64,000 nt of DNA, from assembly GCA_963666285.1 (NCBI GenBank), contig OY762711.1. The stretch is one strand, 5' to 3'. Positions within the stretch are counted from its first letter, which is position 1; every line of letters begins with the position of its first letter. The DNA is from Sedimentisphaerales bacterium (GTDB lineage Bacteria > Planctomycetota > Phycisphaerae > Sedimentisphaerales > SM23-30). Shown one piece after another: positions 47,507 through 57,319 of this stretch. A program made the position numbers and the translations under genes. The notes under the pieces were generated by a model. That model had not been told where the DNA came from, searched no databases, and saw only the letters and a list, made by a program, of their open reading frames with translations.

Positions 47507-49879
47507 ATGATGTTGACCGAACGAGTAAAAATGCTTAGAAAAATCAGTACCAAAACTGAACCATATATTTCAACTGAAAGAGCCGAATTAGTAACGCAAT
47601 TCTACAAAGAAAATGCTTCTGCTGATTTGCCTAAACCAATTTTACGGGCGAAAAACTTTTTCAATATCATGGCCAACAAAGCTGTGTATATCGGTGACGG
47701 AGAACTGATTGTGGGCGAAAGAGGACCTGCCCCAAGAGCTGTTCCTACATACCCAGAAATATGCTGTCACAACATCGATGATCTTGAAGCATTAAACAGC
47801 AGGCACAAAAACCCGTTCAGGATCAACGACCAGGTTCGTAATACCTATACAAAAGAAATAATGCCCTTCTGGTATAATCAGGGCAAAACTATGCGCGAAA
47901 AGTTATTCGATTCTATGACCCCAAAATGGATGGAAGCTTTTGAAGCTGGTATTTTCACTGAATTCATGGAACAAAGAAGCCCTGGACATGCTATTTGCGA
48001 TGACAAGATCTATAAGAATGGCATGCTTGACTTCAAAGCCAGAATCGCTGATGTTCGCTCGAGTCTTGAACCTCAAAACAATGATGAAGACAAGTCAAAA
48101 GACATCGAGTTACAGGCAATTGACATTGCTGCTGATGCTATTATTCTCTTTGCCAATCGTTGTGCTAAAAAAGCACTTGATCTGGCTTCATTAGAAAAAG
48201 ATCCGGACAGAAAAGCAGAACTACAGCTTATTGCCGACACCTGTAGGCATGTACCGGCTAACGCGCCACGCACTTTCCATGAAGCTCTGCAAATGTACTG
48301 GTTTGTTCACCTCGGAGTTATTACTGAAACTAATCCATGGGATTCATATAACCCTGGCAGACTTGACAGAAATCTCTATCCTTTTTATAAAAATGACATT
48401 GAGAATGGTACACTTACCGAAGAGCAGGCACGTGAATTATTACAATGCTTCTGGGTTAAATTCAACAACCATCCAGCACCGCCAAAAGTTGGAGTTACGC
48501 TGGAACAAAGCTCAACTTATACTGATTTTTCTCTTATTAATGTTGGCGGCCTGGATCAAAACGGTGAAAGCTGCATAAATGACGTCTCACATATGGTTCT
48601 CGATACTATAAAAGAGATGAAAATGACTCAACCAAGTGGTTGCATCCAACTGAGCGAAAAAAATCCGGACAGTTTCTTGAAACATGCATGTGAAGTTATA
48701 AAAATTGGAATCGGACAGCCATCATGTTTCAATACTGAAACTATTGTCAAAGAAATGCTTCATGATGGTAAAACATTGGAAGACGCTCTAAATGGCGGTG
48801 CCAGCGGCTGCGTCGAAACAAGTGCTTTCGGCAAAGAAAGCTGCACTCTTACCGGATATCTTAACTGGGCTAAAATTCTTGAGGTAACCCTTAATAATGG
48901 TATTGACCCTAATACCGGCATACAAATTGGAATTGAAACCGGCGACCCAAAAACTTTTACTAATTTTGATTCTATTCTGGAAGCTTATCATAAACAGCTC
49001 AGATACTTTATTGACGTTAAAATCGAAGGAAACAACACTATAGAGCGATTATATGCTGACAGTTTCCCTGTTCCATTTAAATCACTTCTGGTTGATGACT
49101 GCATAGCCAAAGGTGTAGACTACCACAATGGTGGTGCCAGGTATAATACAACCTATATCCAGGGCGTCGGCCTTGGCATTACCACTGACTGCCTGAGTGC
49201 GATAAACAAGCATGTTTTCCAGGACGGCAGGTACAGTATGGATGAATTACTGGATGCACTAAGCAATAATTTTGAAAATAATGAGATCATGCGGCAGATT
49301 CTTTTGAATAAAACTCCGTGCTTCGGCAATGATGAACCAGATGCTGATTCTATAACGGAAACAATTTTCAAATATTACCTCGACGCCATCGACGGAAGAC
49401 CTAATACCAAGGGCGGCAGTAATCGCATTAACCTGCTGCCAACTACCTGCCATATTTATTTCGGCGAAGTTACCGGTGCCCTGCCTAACGGCCGCAAAGC
49501 CGGCATACCTCTCAGCGATGGTATTTCACCTACACAAGGATCCGATAGATTAGGACCAACTGCGGTAATCAAAAGTGCCGCTAAAATCGACCACGCAAAG
49601 ACTGGTGGAACTTTACTGAACATGAAGTTCAGCCCTCAAATGTTCAAAAAAGGAAATATCGAAAATTTAATGGCACTTATCCGGGCATATTTCAAAATGG
49701 GCGGACACCATATCCAATTTAATGTAGTCGATGTTGATACTCTTAGAGAAGCTCAACAGCACCCCGAACAGCATAGAGACCTTATTGTACGTGTTGCCGG
49801 ATACAGCGATTATTTCGTCGGGTTAGGCGAAGGTCTGCAAAATGAAATTATCAACAGAACAGAGCAGCAGACACTGTAA
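47507..49879 (+). CDS. hypD: Glycyl radical enzyme, probable trans-4-hydroxy-L-proline dehydratase
   Basis: EFMEQRSPGH, WDSYNPGRLD, KVGVTLEQSSTYTDF, SGCVE, LTGY, LPTTCHIYFG and RVAGYS match the HypD motifs as recalled. Confidence 0.8.
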   Translation: MMLTERVKMLRKISTKTEPYISTERAELVTQFYKENASADLPKPILRAKNFFNIMANKAVYIGDGELIVGERGPAPRAVPTYPEICCHNIDDLEALNSRHKNPFRINDQVRNTYTKEIMPFWYNQGKTMREKLFDSMTPKWMEAFEAGIFTEFMEQRSPGHAICDDKIYKNGMLDFKARIADVRSSLEPQNNDEDKSKDIELQAIDIAADAIILFANRCAKKALDLASLEKDPDRKAELQLIADTCRHVPANAPRTFHEALQMYWFVHLGVITETNPWDSYNPGRLDRNLYPFYKNDIENGTLTEEQARELLQCFWVKFNNHPAPPKVGVTLEQSSTYTDFSLINVGGLDQNGESCINDVSHMVLDTIKEMKMTQPSGCIQLSEKNPDSFLKHACEVIKIGIGQPSCFNTETIVKEMLHDGKTLEDALNGGASGCVETSAFGKESCTLTGYLNWAKILEVTLNNGIDPNTGIQIGIETGDPKTFTNFDSILEAYHKQLRYFIDVKIEGNNTIERLYADSFPVPFKSLLVDDCIAKGVDYHNGGARYNTTYIQGVGLGITTDCLSAINKHVFQDGRYSMDELLDALSNNFENNEIMRQILLNKTPCFGNDEPDADSITETIFKYYLDAIDGRPNTKGGSNRINLLPTTCHIYFGEVTGALPNGRKAGIPLSDGISPTQGSDRLGPTAVIKSAAKIDHAKTGGTLLNMKFSPQMFKKGNIENLMALIRAYFKMGGHHIQFNVVDVDTLREAQQHPEQHRDLIVRVAGYSDYFVGLGEGLQNEIINRTEQQTL

Positions 49880-50024
49880 AAACTCATATAACCTGTTTTC
49901 AGTTAGCTACATTATTTCGATAAAATAATTTTGCAGCTCGACGGCACATCCTTACCCAATACCAGAATTTTAAATACTAATCCCACTTTCAAACTGCCCC
50001 GCCAGTCAGTTTGAATAAAATACG

Positions 50025-53000
50025 CTATGAGGCTCTGATCTCTTTTACCGCACAATATAAAACTGGTACGACCAGCATTGTAAGAGTTTCTACAAGCATA
50101 CCTCCAAATACCGGTATCGCCATAGGAACCATAATATCTGAACCACGTCCCGTTGATGTCAATACAGGAATCAATGCCAGGATTGTAGTTGCAGTGGTCA
50201 TCAGGCAGGCCCTGACACGCCTTCTTCCCGCCTGGATAACTTTATCTCTTATTGCGTATTTATTATCTGGACATCCTTCTTTGAACATCTGTTCAAGATA
50301 ACTGCACATTACCACACCATCGTCAGAAGCTATACCAAATAGTGCCAAGAAGCCAACCCAGACTGCTACACTCAAATTGATCGGCCCCATCTGGAATAGC
50401 TCACGAAGATTAACGCCAAACACATCAAAATTACAGAACCAGCTTTGAGAATACAGCCAGATCATGATAAATCCGCCTGCCCAGGCAACAAATATCCCGC
50501 TAAACACCAGCATACTTGTCACTATTGACCGGAACTGTAAATACAAAATTATAAATATAATTAATAATGCTAGCGGGATTACCAGCCGTAATGTTTTCTG
50601 AGCATGCAGCTGGTTTTCATACGAACCGGCAAAAGTTAAGCTAACACCTTCAGGTCTTTGAAATTCTCCGGATGATTCTTTTTCAGACAGATACTTTTTA
50701 CAATTTTCTACCACATCAACTTCGGCATAGCCTTCTTTCTTATCGAATAAAACATACCCCAGCAGAGAAGTATCTTCGCTCTTTATTGCTTGCGGGCCAC
50801 GTTCATACTTTATATCCGCTATCAACCTCAAGGGTATCTGAACATCATCCACACCTGCAACGATAATATTTTCCAGGCTCTCGATACTGTCACGAAGTTC
50901 ACGCATATATCGGACTCGTACAGCATAACGCTCACGTCCTTCTACTGTTGTAGTAACATCCTTGCCTCCAATCGCTACCTCAATTACCTGCTGAACCTTT
51001 GCAATACTGATTCCATAACGTGCGATCGCATCTCGATCGATAGCTATCTCCAGATACGGCTTGCCTACTATCCTGTCAGCAATAACAGCTTCAGACTGAA
51101 CACCCTCAACATGCTTAATTAATGACTCCAGTTCCAAAGATACTTTCTCAATCGTTTCCAGGTCCGAACCTTTAACCTTTATACCCATCGGTGCCCTCAT
51201 ACCAGTTTGGAGCATCACAAGCCTTGTACCAATCGGTTGCAGCTTGGGAGCACTTGTACTGCCTGGTATTTTTCCAACCCGAACAATCTCATTCCAGATA
51301 TCATCAGGAGTTTTAATGTGGTCCCGCCATTGCCGTACCATATTTCCATTCTCATCCTGCTCATACTCCGGCTTATAATTAATTATGGTTTCTACCATGG
51401 ATATTGGAGCCGGATCTAATGGCGTATCAGCACGACCTATCTTTCCTACCACACTCTCAACTTCAGGTATCGACTGAAAAGCAATATCCTGCTTCTGCAG
51501 AATATCAAGTGATTCTCCTATTGAAGCATGAGGCATAGTTGTCGGCATATATAAAAATGAACCTTCATCTAATGGAGGCATAAATTCTTTACCTAAATTC
51601 TGCCAGATATGAATACCAAAAGCCAAAACACTTATCGGAAATAATATAAATATAAATTTATGATCAAGGCACTTTCGTAATATCACCCTGTAAAATGACT
51701 GAAATATAACAAAAAATAACAGCAGCCCCCCTATAACAAATACTATAAAAACAAAATTCAGTAATATTCCCTTTTCCAGTCCTAAAGGCATCCAATGTTT
51801 AGCCAGCAATATACCAACGAGCATTACCAGCACAATATTCAGAATAGGTCTCAAACGTTGTTTCATTCCATTATCTTGCTTAGGGCGTCCAATTATCATA
51901 TGGGCCAGCACAGGTAAAACAATAATAGCTACGATCACAGATGCAAGTAATGCATATGTCTTAGTATATGCCAGAGGTTTAAACAGCTTGCCTTCTGCAC
52001 CGGTCATGGAAAAAACCGGCAAAAAACCAACTACTGTTGTCGCTACTGCCGTTACTACTGCACCACTGACTTCTCTAGATGCCCTATATACAATTTCAAG
52101 CGAATTCTCTCGAGTGTTGGCTACCTTAAAGTGCCGGACAATATTTTCTGTGATAATAATGCCCATATCTACAATAGTTCCAATTGCAATTGCAATTCCT
52201 GACAATGCAACTATATTAGCATCAATCCTAAACATTTTCATTGCGATAAAACATAACAAAACAGTCAGCGGAAGCATGGAAGAGATAATCAGAGAACTGC
52301 TTAAGTGCATTACCATCACTACGACAACAATTACTGTTACCAGCATTTCGTCCCAAAGCGCCGACTCTAATGTTTGAAGCGTCTCTTTTATCAAACCTGT
52401 CCTATCGTAAAAAGGTACGATTGTTAACTTAGACACCTTACCATCTACCAGCTCTTTACTGGGCAATCCCGGCGTTATCTCATCAATCTTCTTCTTCACA
52501 TTCTTGATTGCTTCCAATGGGTTATACCCATAGCGAACAACCACAACGCCACCTACTGCTTCTGCCCCGCCTTTATCTAACACTCCACGCCGCAAAGCCG
52601 GACCTAATGATACATTTGCTACTTCACTTATCCTTACAGGTACATTATCATGTACTTTTACAACAGTCTTTTCAATATCTCCTGCACTTTTAACAAAGCC
52701 AAGACCGCGTATTACATATTCAACCTTGTTAACTTCAATTGTACGTGCGCCTACATCGATATTACTTGATTTTACCGCTGAAATTATCTCTTCAAGTGTA
52801 ACTCCATAATGACGCATGGCATCGGGGTCAACATCAATCTGGTATTCTTTTTCAAAACCGCCAATAGAAGCAACTTCACTAATACCTTCGGCACTCATCA
52901 GGCCGTATCGAACATACCAATCCTGGACACTGCGTAATTCATGCAGATCCCAACCTCCGGCCGGGTTCCCTTCTTCATCTCTGCCTTCCAGCGTGTACCA

Positions 53001-53507
53001 GAAAACCTGCCCTAATGCAGTTGCATCAGGTCCCAATGTTGGCTTTACTCCTTCTGGAAGGGTACCTGGAGAAAGTGAACTCAGTTTCTCAAGTACTCTG
53101 CTCCTCGACCAGTAAAATTCAATATTTTCATCAAAGATTACATAAATACTGGAAAAGCCGAAGAATGAATAACTTCTTACCGTCTTAACTCCGGGAACTC
53201 CTAAAAGCGATACTGTTAATGGATATGTTACCTGGTCTTCAACATCCTGCGGCGAACGGCCCATCCATTCTGTAAAAACTATCTGTTGATTCTCTCCTAT
53301 ATCTGGGATAGCATCAACCGGCACTGGTCTGCGCTCAACATAATCAGATTCCCAGTCAAACGGCGCAACAATAAATCCCCATCCAATCAATGCTATCAGT
53401 ACCAGCCATATAAGAAGTTTATTTTCAAGGCTGAACCTTATCAACCGACTTAATGGACTTGTTTGTTTTTGATTGTCATTATTCATATTATTCAGGTATT
53501 GTTGCAA
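50025..53507 (-). CDS. cusA: CusA/CzcA-family heavy-metal RND efflux permease
   Basis: PVDAIPDIGENQQIVFTEWMGRSPQDVEDQVTYPL, GPDATALG, GKEFMPPLDEGS. The start could be ATG 53486. Confidence 0.92.
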   Translation of the reverse strand: MQQYLNNMNNDNQKQTSPLSRLIRFSLENKLLIWLVLIALIGWGFIVAPFDWESDYVERRPVPVDAIPDIGENQQIVFTEWMGRSPQDVEDQVTYPLTVSLLGVPGVKTVRSYSFFGFSSIYVIFDENIEFYWSRSRVLEKLSSLSPGTLPEGVKPTLGPDATALGQVFWYTLEGRDEEGNPAGGWDLHELRSVQDWYVRYGLMSAEGISEVASIGGFEKEYQIDVDPDAMRHYGVTLEEIISAVKSSNIDVGARTIEVNKVEYVIRGLGFVKSAGDIEKTVVKVHDNVPVRISEVANVSLGPALRRGVLDKGGAEAVGGVVVVRYGYNPLEAIKNVKKKIDEITPGLPSKELVDGKVSKLTIVPFYDRTGLIKETLQTLESALWDEMLVTVIVVVVMVMHLSSSLIISSMLPLTVLLCFIAMKMFRIDANIVALSGIAIAIGTIVDMGIIITENIVRHFKVANTRENSLEIVYRASREVSGAVVTAVATTVVGFLPVFSMTGAEGKLFKPLAYTKTYALLASVIVAIIVLPVLAHMIIGRPKQDNGMKQRLRPILNIVLVMLVGILLAKHWMPLGLEKGILLNFVFIVFVIGGLLLFFVIFQSFYRVILRKCLDHKFIFILFPISVLAFGIHIWQNLGKEFMPPLDEGSFLYMPTTMPHASIGESLDILQKQDIAFQSIPEVESVVGKIGRADTPLDPAPISMVETIINYKPEYEQDENGNMVRQWRDHIKTPDDIWNEIVRVGKIPGSTSAPKLQPIGTRLVMLQTGMRAPMGIKVKGSDLETIEKVSLELESLIKHVEGVQSEAVIADRIVGKPYLEIAIDRDAIARYGISIAKVQQVIEVAIGGKDVTTTVEGRERYAVRVRYMRELRDSIESLENIIVAGVDDVQIPLRLIADIKYERGPQAIKSEDTSLLGYVLFDKKEGYAEVDVVENCKKYLSEKESSGEFQRPEGVSLTFAGSYENQLHAQKTLRLVIPLALLIIFIILYLQFRSIVTSMLVFSGIFVAWAGGFIMIWLYSQSWFCNFDVFGVNLRELFQMGPINLSVAVWVGFLALFGIASDDGVVMCSYLEQMFKEGCPDNKYAIRDKVIQAGRRRVRACLMTTATTILALIPVLTSTGRGSDIMVPMAIPVFGGMLVETLTMLVVPVLYCAVKEIRAS

Positions 53508-53547
53508 CTGAAATCGTCCGTTTTAATACTTACACAACTTGAAATGT

Positions 53548-53919
53548 CTACTTTTTAGCTTCCTCTTTGCCGCCAAACTGTGGAAGTTTAGCCAGATACT
53601 TCTCCGGATCCTCTTTAAATATCTTGTCGCAACCAGGACAGCAAAAATATACTTTCTTGCCCTTATATTCTACAAATATGTCTTTATTAATCGGGTTGCC
53701 CATTACCGGACATATTGTCTGCTCGCCCACTGCTTCCATTGCCTTTTCAGCACCTTCCTCCATCATAGCACTATGATCATGCCCTTCATGATTCATATCC
53801 TTATGATCCATTGGAGTTTTATTTTCCTGAACGCTTGCTTCTTTCTTGTCGCATCCTGAAAGAAATACAGCTATAATAGTAAATACAAACACAAATAGTT
53901 CTTTTTTTGAAATTTTCAT
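53548..53919 (-). CDS. YHS-domain lipoprotein with His/Met-rich linker (putative metal chaperone)
   Basis: Lipobox LSGC; MDHKDMNHEGHDHSAMM; QTICPVMG...VYFCCPGC. Confidence 0.85.
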   Translation of the reverse strand: MKISKKELFVFVFTIIAVFLSGCDKKEASVQENKTPMDHKDMNHEGHDHSAMMEEGAEKAMEAVGEQTICPVMGNPINKDIFVEYKGKKVYFCCPGCDKIFKEDPEKYLAKLPQFGGKEEAKK

Positions 53920-53939
53920 AATATACCTCTTAAAATAAA

Positions 53940-55763
53940 TTATTTAACTTTGTTTACATCTTTAAACTGCGGCAATTTATCCAGATACTTTTCAGGATTT
54001 TCTAAAAACATATCATCGCATCCATCGCAGCAGAAATATACTTTCCTGCCTTTATACTCAACAAAAATATCTTTATTGATCGGATTGCCCATTACCGGGC
54101 ATAATGTCTGTTCAATCTCATCATTATCATCTACTTTACCTACTTTAAACTGGGGCAGCTTGTCTATATATTTTGCAGGATCTTCTAAAAACATATCATC
54201 GCAGCCATCACAGCAGAAATAAACTTTCTTGCCTTTATACTCAACAAAAATTTCTTTATTGATCGGATTGCCCATTACCGGGCATAATGTCTGTATACCT
54301 TTGGCGTTAAGAATAGCATTTTCATCTGGCTCACGTGGATTCATCATGCTATAATCAGCCTGTATCTGTAAAGCTGAATCTATCTTAAAATTACCATTTG
54401 TTACTACCTCATCACCTTCATCAAGTCCGGATACTACAAGATAAAATCCTCCGGCTCTTGGACCGAGCACTACCTCTTTACCTGCGAACGTAGGCTTCAT
54501 TTTTCCTGGTACCTTAATATAAACAATAGCCCTTTTCCCGGTAATAAGCGGCGCTGATACGGGGATAACCAGCGGCAGCTCTTTACCGGCTTCTGGCTTA
54601 AAATATCCTAAAAATTCTGTTGTAACCAGATCCATCTGGCATATATCACATATATCCTTGCTTTCTTTTACTACTGAAGGATGCATCGGGCAAATCCATT
54701 TCCCTGCCATTTCAGGCACCATAACCTCTCCTTCTGCTACCACCTGTGATTTAATCGTAGCCCTAACAAACATATCTGGTTTGAGCCGCCTGTCTCTATT
54801 ATCGACATTAACACGAACCTTTATACTTCTGGTTCTTTCATCAACTACTGGAGAAATAAAACTAACTACACCGTTAAACATTTCACCTGGGTAAGCCTCA
54901 GTATTAAATTCCACTTGCTGACCATACCTTAGCCATTGTAAATCCGGCTCATAAGCATCTAGCATCACCCACAAAACACTCATATCAGCAATTGTATATA
55001 TTTCAGTACCAGTTTTAACATATGCACCTTCATTTAAATGTTTTTCTATTACTATCCCACTTGACGGAGCATTAATTGTTACGAAATCCTCTGGCTTGCC
55101 ACTCTCTTCAATAGATTTAATCTGAGCTTCTGTCAAACCAAGCAATTTCAGTTTCTCGCGACCTGCTTTGAACGTAGCCTGGACAGAATGTTTAACCAAA
55201 TCTCCATCATCATCGTTAATAGTGTCATACGATGCTTTAGCTTGCAAAAACTCAGCCTGGGCGTTTATCAATTCAGGACTGTATATTTTAACCATATGAT
55301 CACCTAAAATAACCCTCGTACCGGTAAAATCAACAAATAAACGCTCAAGCCGCCCAGCCGTCCATGACGTTACATGTTTAATCGTAGTTTCATCAAAAGT
55401 CACTCTTCCCGTTAATCGAACTTCAGAAAAAACGGATTTCCGTTCAACCTTCGCTGTTTGCAGCTCCATAAGTTTGATAGCATTCTCACTAAATTCAATC
55501 TCTCCCGGCATAGTTTCGCCAATTGAAGAATCTTCCTTTATCAGATCCATGAAACATATAGGGCATTTGCCCGGTTCCGGCTGGCGTATCTGCGGGTGCA
55601 TCGAACATATCCATACTTCCTCTTGTACTGTCTCTGAATTCGACTCAGAATTATCAGCCTTATTACTAAATAGAACAGAAGCATAAAATCCAATAGCAAG
55701 CCCAGCCAAAGCAACTATTAGATAATAAAATACTTTACCTGATTGTCTGTATTTATATATCAT
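53940..55763 (-). CDS. cusB: CusB-like RND periplasmic adaptor with heavy-metal-binding and two YHS domains
   Basis: WICSMHPQIRQPEPGKCPICFMDL, YSPEL, LKPDMF, WICPMHP and a tandem pair of YHS domains at the C-terminus. Confidence 0.9.
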   Translation of the reverse strand: MIYKYRQSGKVFYYLIVALAGLAIGFYASVLFSNKADNSESNSETVQEEVWICSMHPQIRQPEPGKCPICFMDLIKEDSSIGETMPGEIEFSENAIKLMELQTAKVERKSVFSEVRLTGRVTFDETTIKHVTSWTAGRLERLFVDFTGTRVILGDHMVKIYSPELINAQAEFLQAKASYDTINDDDGDLVKHSVQATFKAGREKLKLLGLTEAQIKSIEESGKPEDFVTINAPSSGIVIEKHLNEGAYVKTGTEIYTIADMSVLWVMLDAYEPDLQWLRYGQQVEFNTEAYPGEMFNGVVSFISPVVDERTRSIKVRVNVDNRDRRLKPDMFVRATIKSQVVAEGEVMVPEMAGKWICPMHPSVVKESKDICDICQMDLVTTEFLGYFKPEAGKELPLVIPVSAPLITGKRAIVYIKVPGKMKPTFAGKEVVLGPRAGGFYLVVSGLDEGDEVVTNGNFKIDSALQIQADYSMMNPREPDENAILNAKGIQTLCPVMGNPINKEIFVEYKGKKVYFCCDGCDDMFLEDPAKYIDKLPQFKVGKVDDNDEIEQTLCPVMGNPINKDIFVEYKGRKVYFCCDGCDDMFLENPEKYLDKLPQFKDVNKVK

Positions 55764-57088
55764 TTATCCAACTCCGGTTCTTCATAAGACAATGTACCGC
55801 CAGAAAGCTTTTCAAGTTCAGATATTTTTTGCATATAATCCACAACAGCTCTTTCGTAATTAAGCTTGTATTTCAATTGCAGCCTTTGAGCATCTATCAG
55901 AGAAAAGAACTCAAGAGTTCCTGACCTGTACGCGGCCTCACTGGTTATCACCAGGTCATTAGCTTTCTGCCCCAAAACACTGCCATATAGCTTTATTTTA
56001 CGTTTTGCCTCATTAATTTCATAAATCAGCTTTTCTGCCTGACTATACCTGTCATTAAGCTCTTGCTGCCTGCTATACTCTCGATTTCTGGCAACGGCAG
56101 CTGCCTGTGACTTAACTGCATTATTTTTGCCTGACCATAAGGGAATATTCATACCAAACATTAATGCCACAGCATCTTTGCCGCCGTTTTCAATTTCAGT
56201 ATCTGGTTTATCAATATTAATCCAATCCACTCCAACAGTAATATCTGGATAAGTAGTCTTAGCTGCTAATTTTTCATTTGCCCTGGCCGCCTCAACTTTT
56301 TGACCAAGTCCCAGAATCACAGGAGAATGTATGATATTAGACATTATTGCCTCTTGATCCATATTTACTTCATGCAATTGTAATTTTACTGGCCAGTCGA
56401 ATTCAATCCTCTCTGCACCTTTATCTAAATTCATGGCATTCTTCAATTCACTTACCAGGGGCTCCTGTAATCCCTGTAAGTTTTGGATTACATCATCGAT
56501 TAATGCCAATTCTATCTGAGCTCTTATTACGTCTGGATGCATAGCTGTTGATGTCTGATACTTCGTCCTTGCTATGGATTCATAATGCACCAACAGCTTT
56601 TTATTTTCACTGGCTATTTTCAATGCTGTTCCAACATATGAATATTCATAATATGCTTTTTTCACTCGATAGAATAAATCAAGCTTTTTGCTTTCAAAAT
56701 CATACCGGACTGCCTCAGCCATTGCCGTTGCCGAATCCTTTTTAGCATCCAGCTTCCCAAACCATGGAAACGCCTGTGCTATTCCAATCTTACTGCTTTG
56801 GGGGCCAAGTCTGGTTTCAATTTCTTCGACAAAATAAGTAAATGTAAAACGCGGATCACTTAATGCCTCAGCCTGCGGCACAACCGATAAAGCCGCCTTC
56901 CAGCTTTCAAATGCCGCCTTAAGTCCAGGATTATTTTTAGCTGATAACTCTAAATATATTTGTAAATCATTAGTATCCCCAAATACTTCAACTTCCGGCA
57001 TATTGACACTGGCTGTTTCCTGCGCAAAAATAAAACCACTTAAAATAATTTGTAACATCAATAATATAAATAGATTTCGCATGAACAT
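55760..57088 (-). CDS. TolC-family outer membrane efflux protein
   Basis: NNPGLKAA, QAFPWFGKL, YPDITVG and NIPLW motifs; first gene of the RND operon. Confidence 0.9.
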   Translation of the reverse strand: MFMRNLFILLMLQIILSGFIFAQETASVNMPEVEVFGDTNDLQIYLELSAKNNPGLKAAFESWKAALSVVPQAEALSDPRFTFTYFVEEIETRLGPQSSKIGIAQAFPWFGKLDAKKDSATAMAEAVRYDFESKKLDLFYRVKKAYYEYSYVGTALKIASENKKLLVHYESIARTKYQTSTAMHPDVIRAQIELALIDDVIQNLQGLQEPLVSELKNAMNLDKGAERIEFDWPVKLQLHEVNMDQEAIMSNIIHSPVILGLGQKVEAARANEKLAAKTTYPDITVGVDWINIDKPDTEIENGGKDAVALMFGMNIPLWSGKNNAVKSQAAAVARNREYSRQQELNDRYSQAEKLIYEINEAKRKIKLYGSVLGQKANDLVITSEAAYRSGTLEFFSLIDAQRLQLKYKLNYERAVVDYMQKISELEKLSGGTLSYEEPELDK

Positions 57089-57319
57089 ACCTCATGTTAT
57101 TTTATTCAAACACCCACTTATTACTAGGTCGGCATATTAGCATTTGCTCTCAAGATTATTACCTTTAAGTTCCATAAAATCAAATATTTATAATAATTAT
57201 AGGTCTATAAACTTATATTTGCAGGAACTTTAAGAATAATTCAATCAAATATGAATACATATTCATACTATGAATGTAAACTTTATTAAAGAATGGATAT
57301 TCTTATATATCAGTGCATA

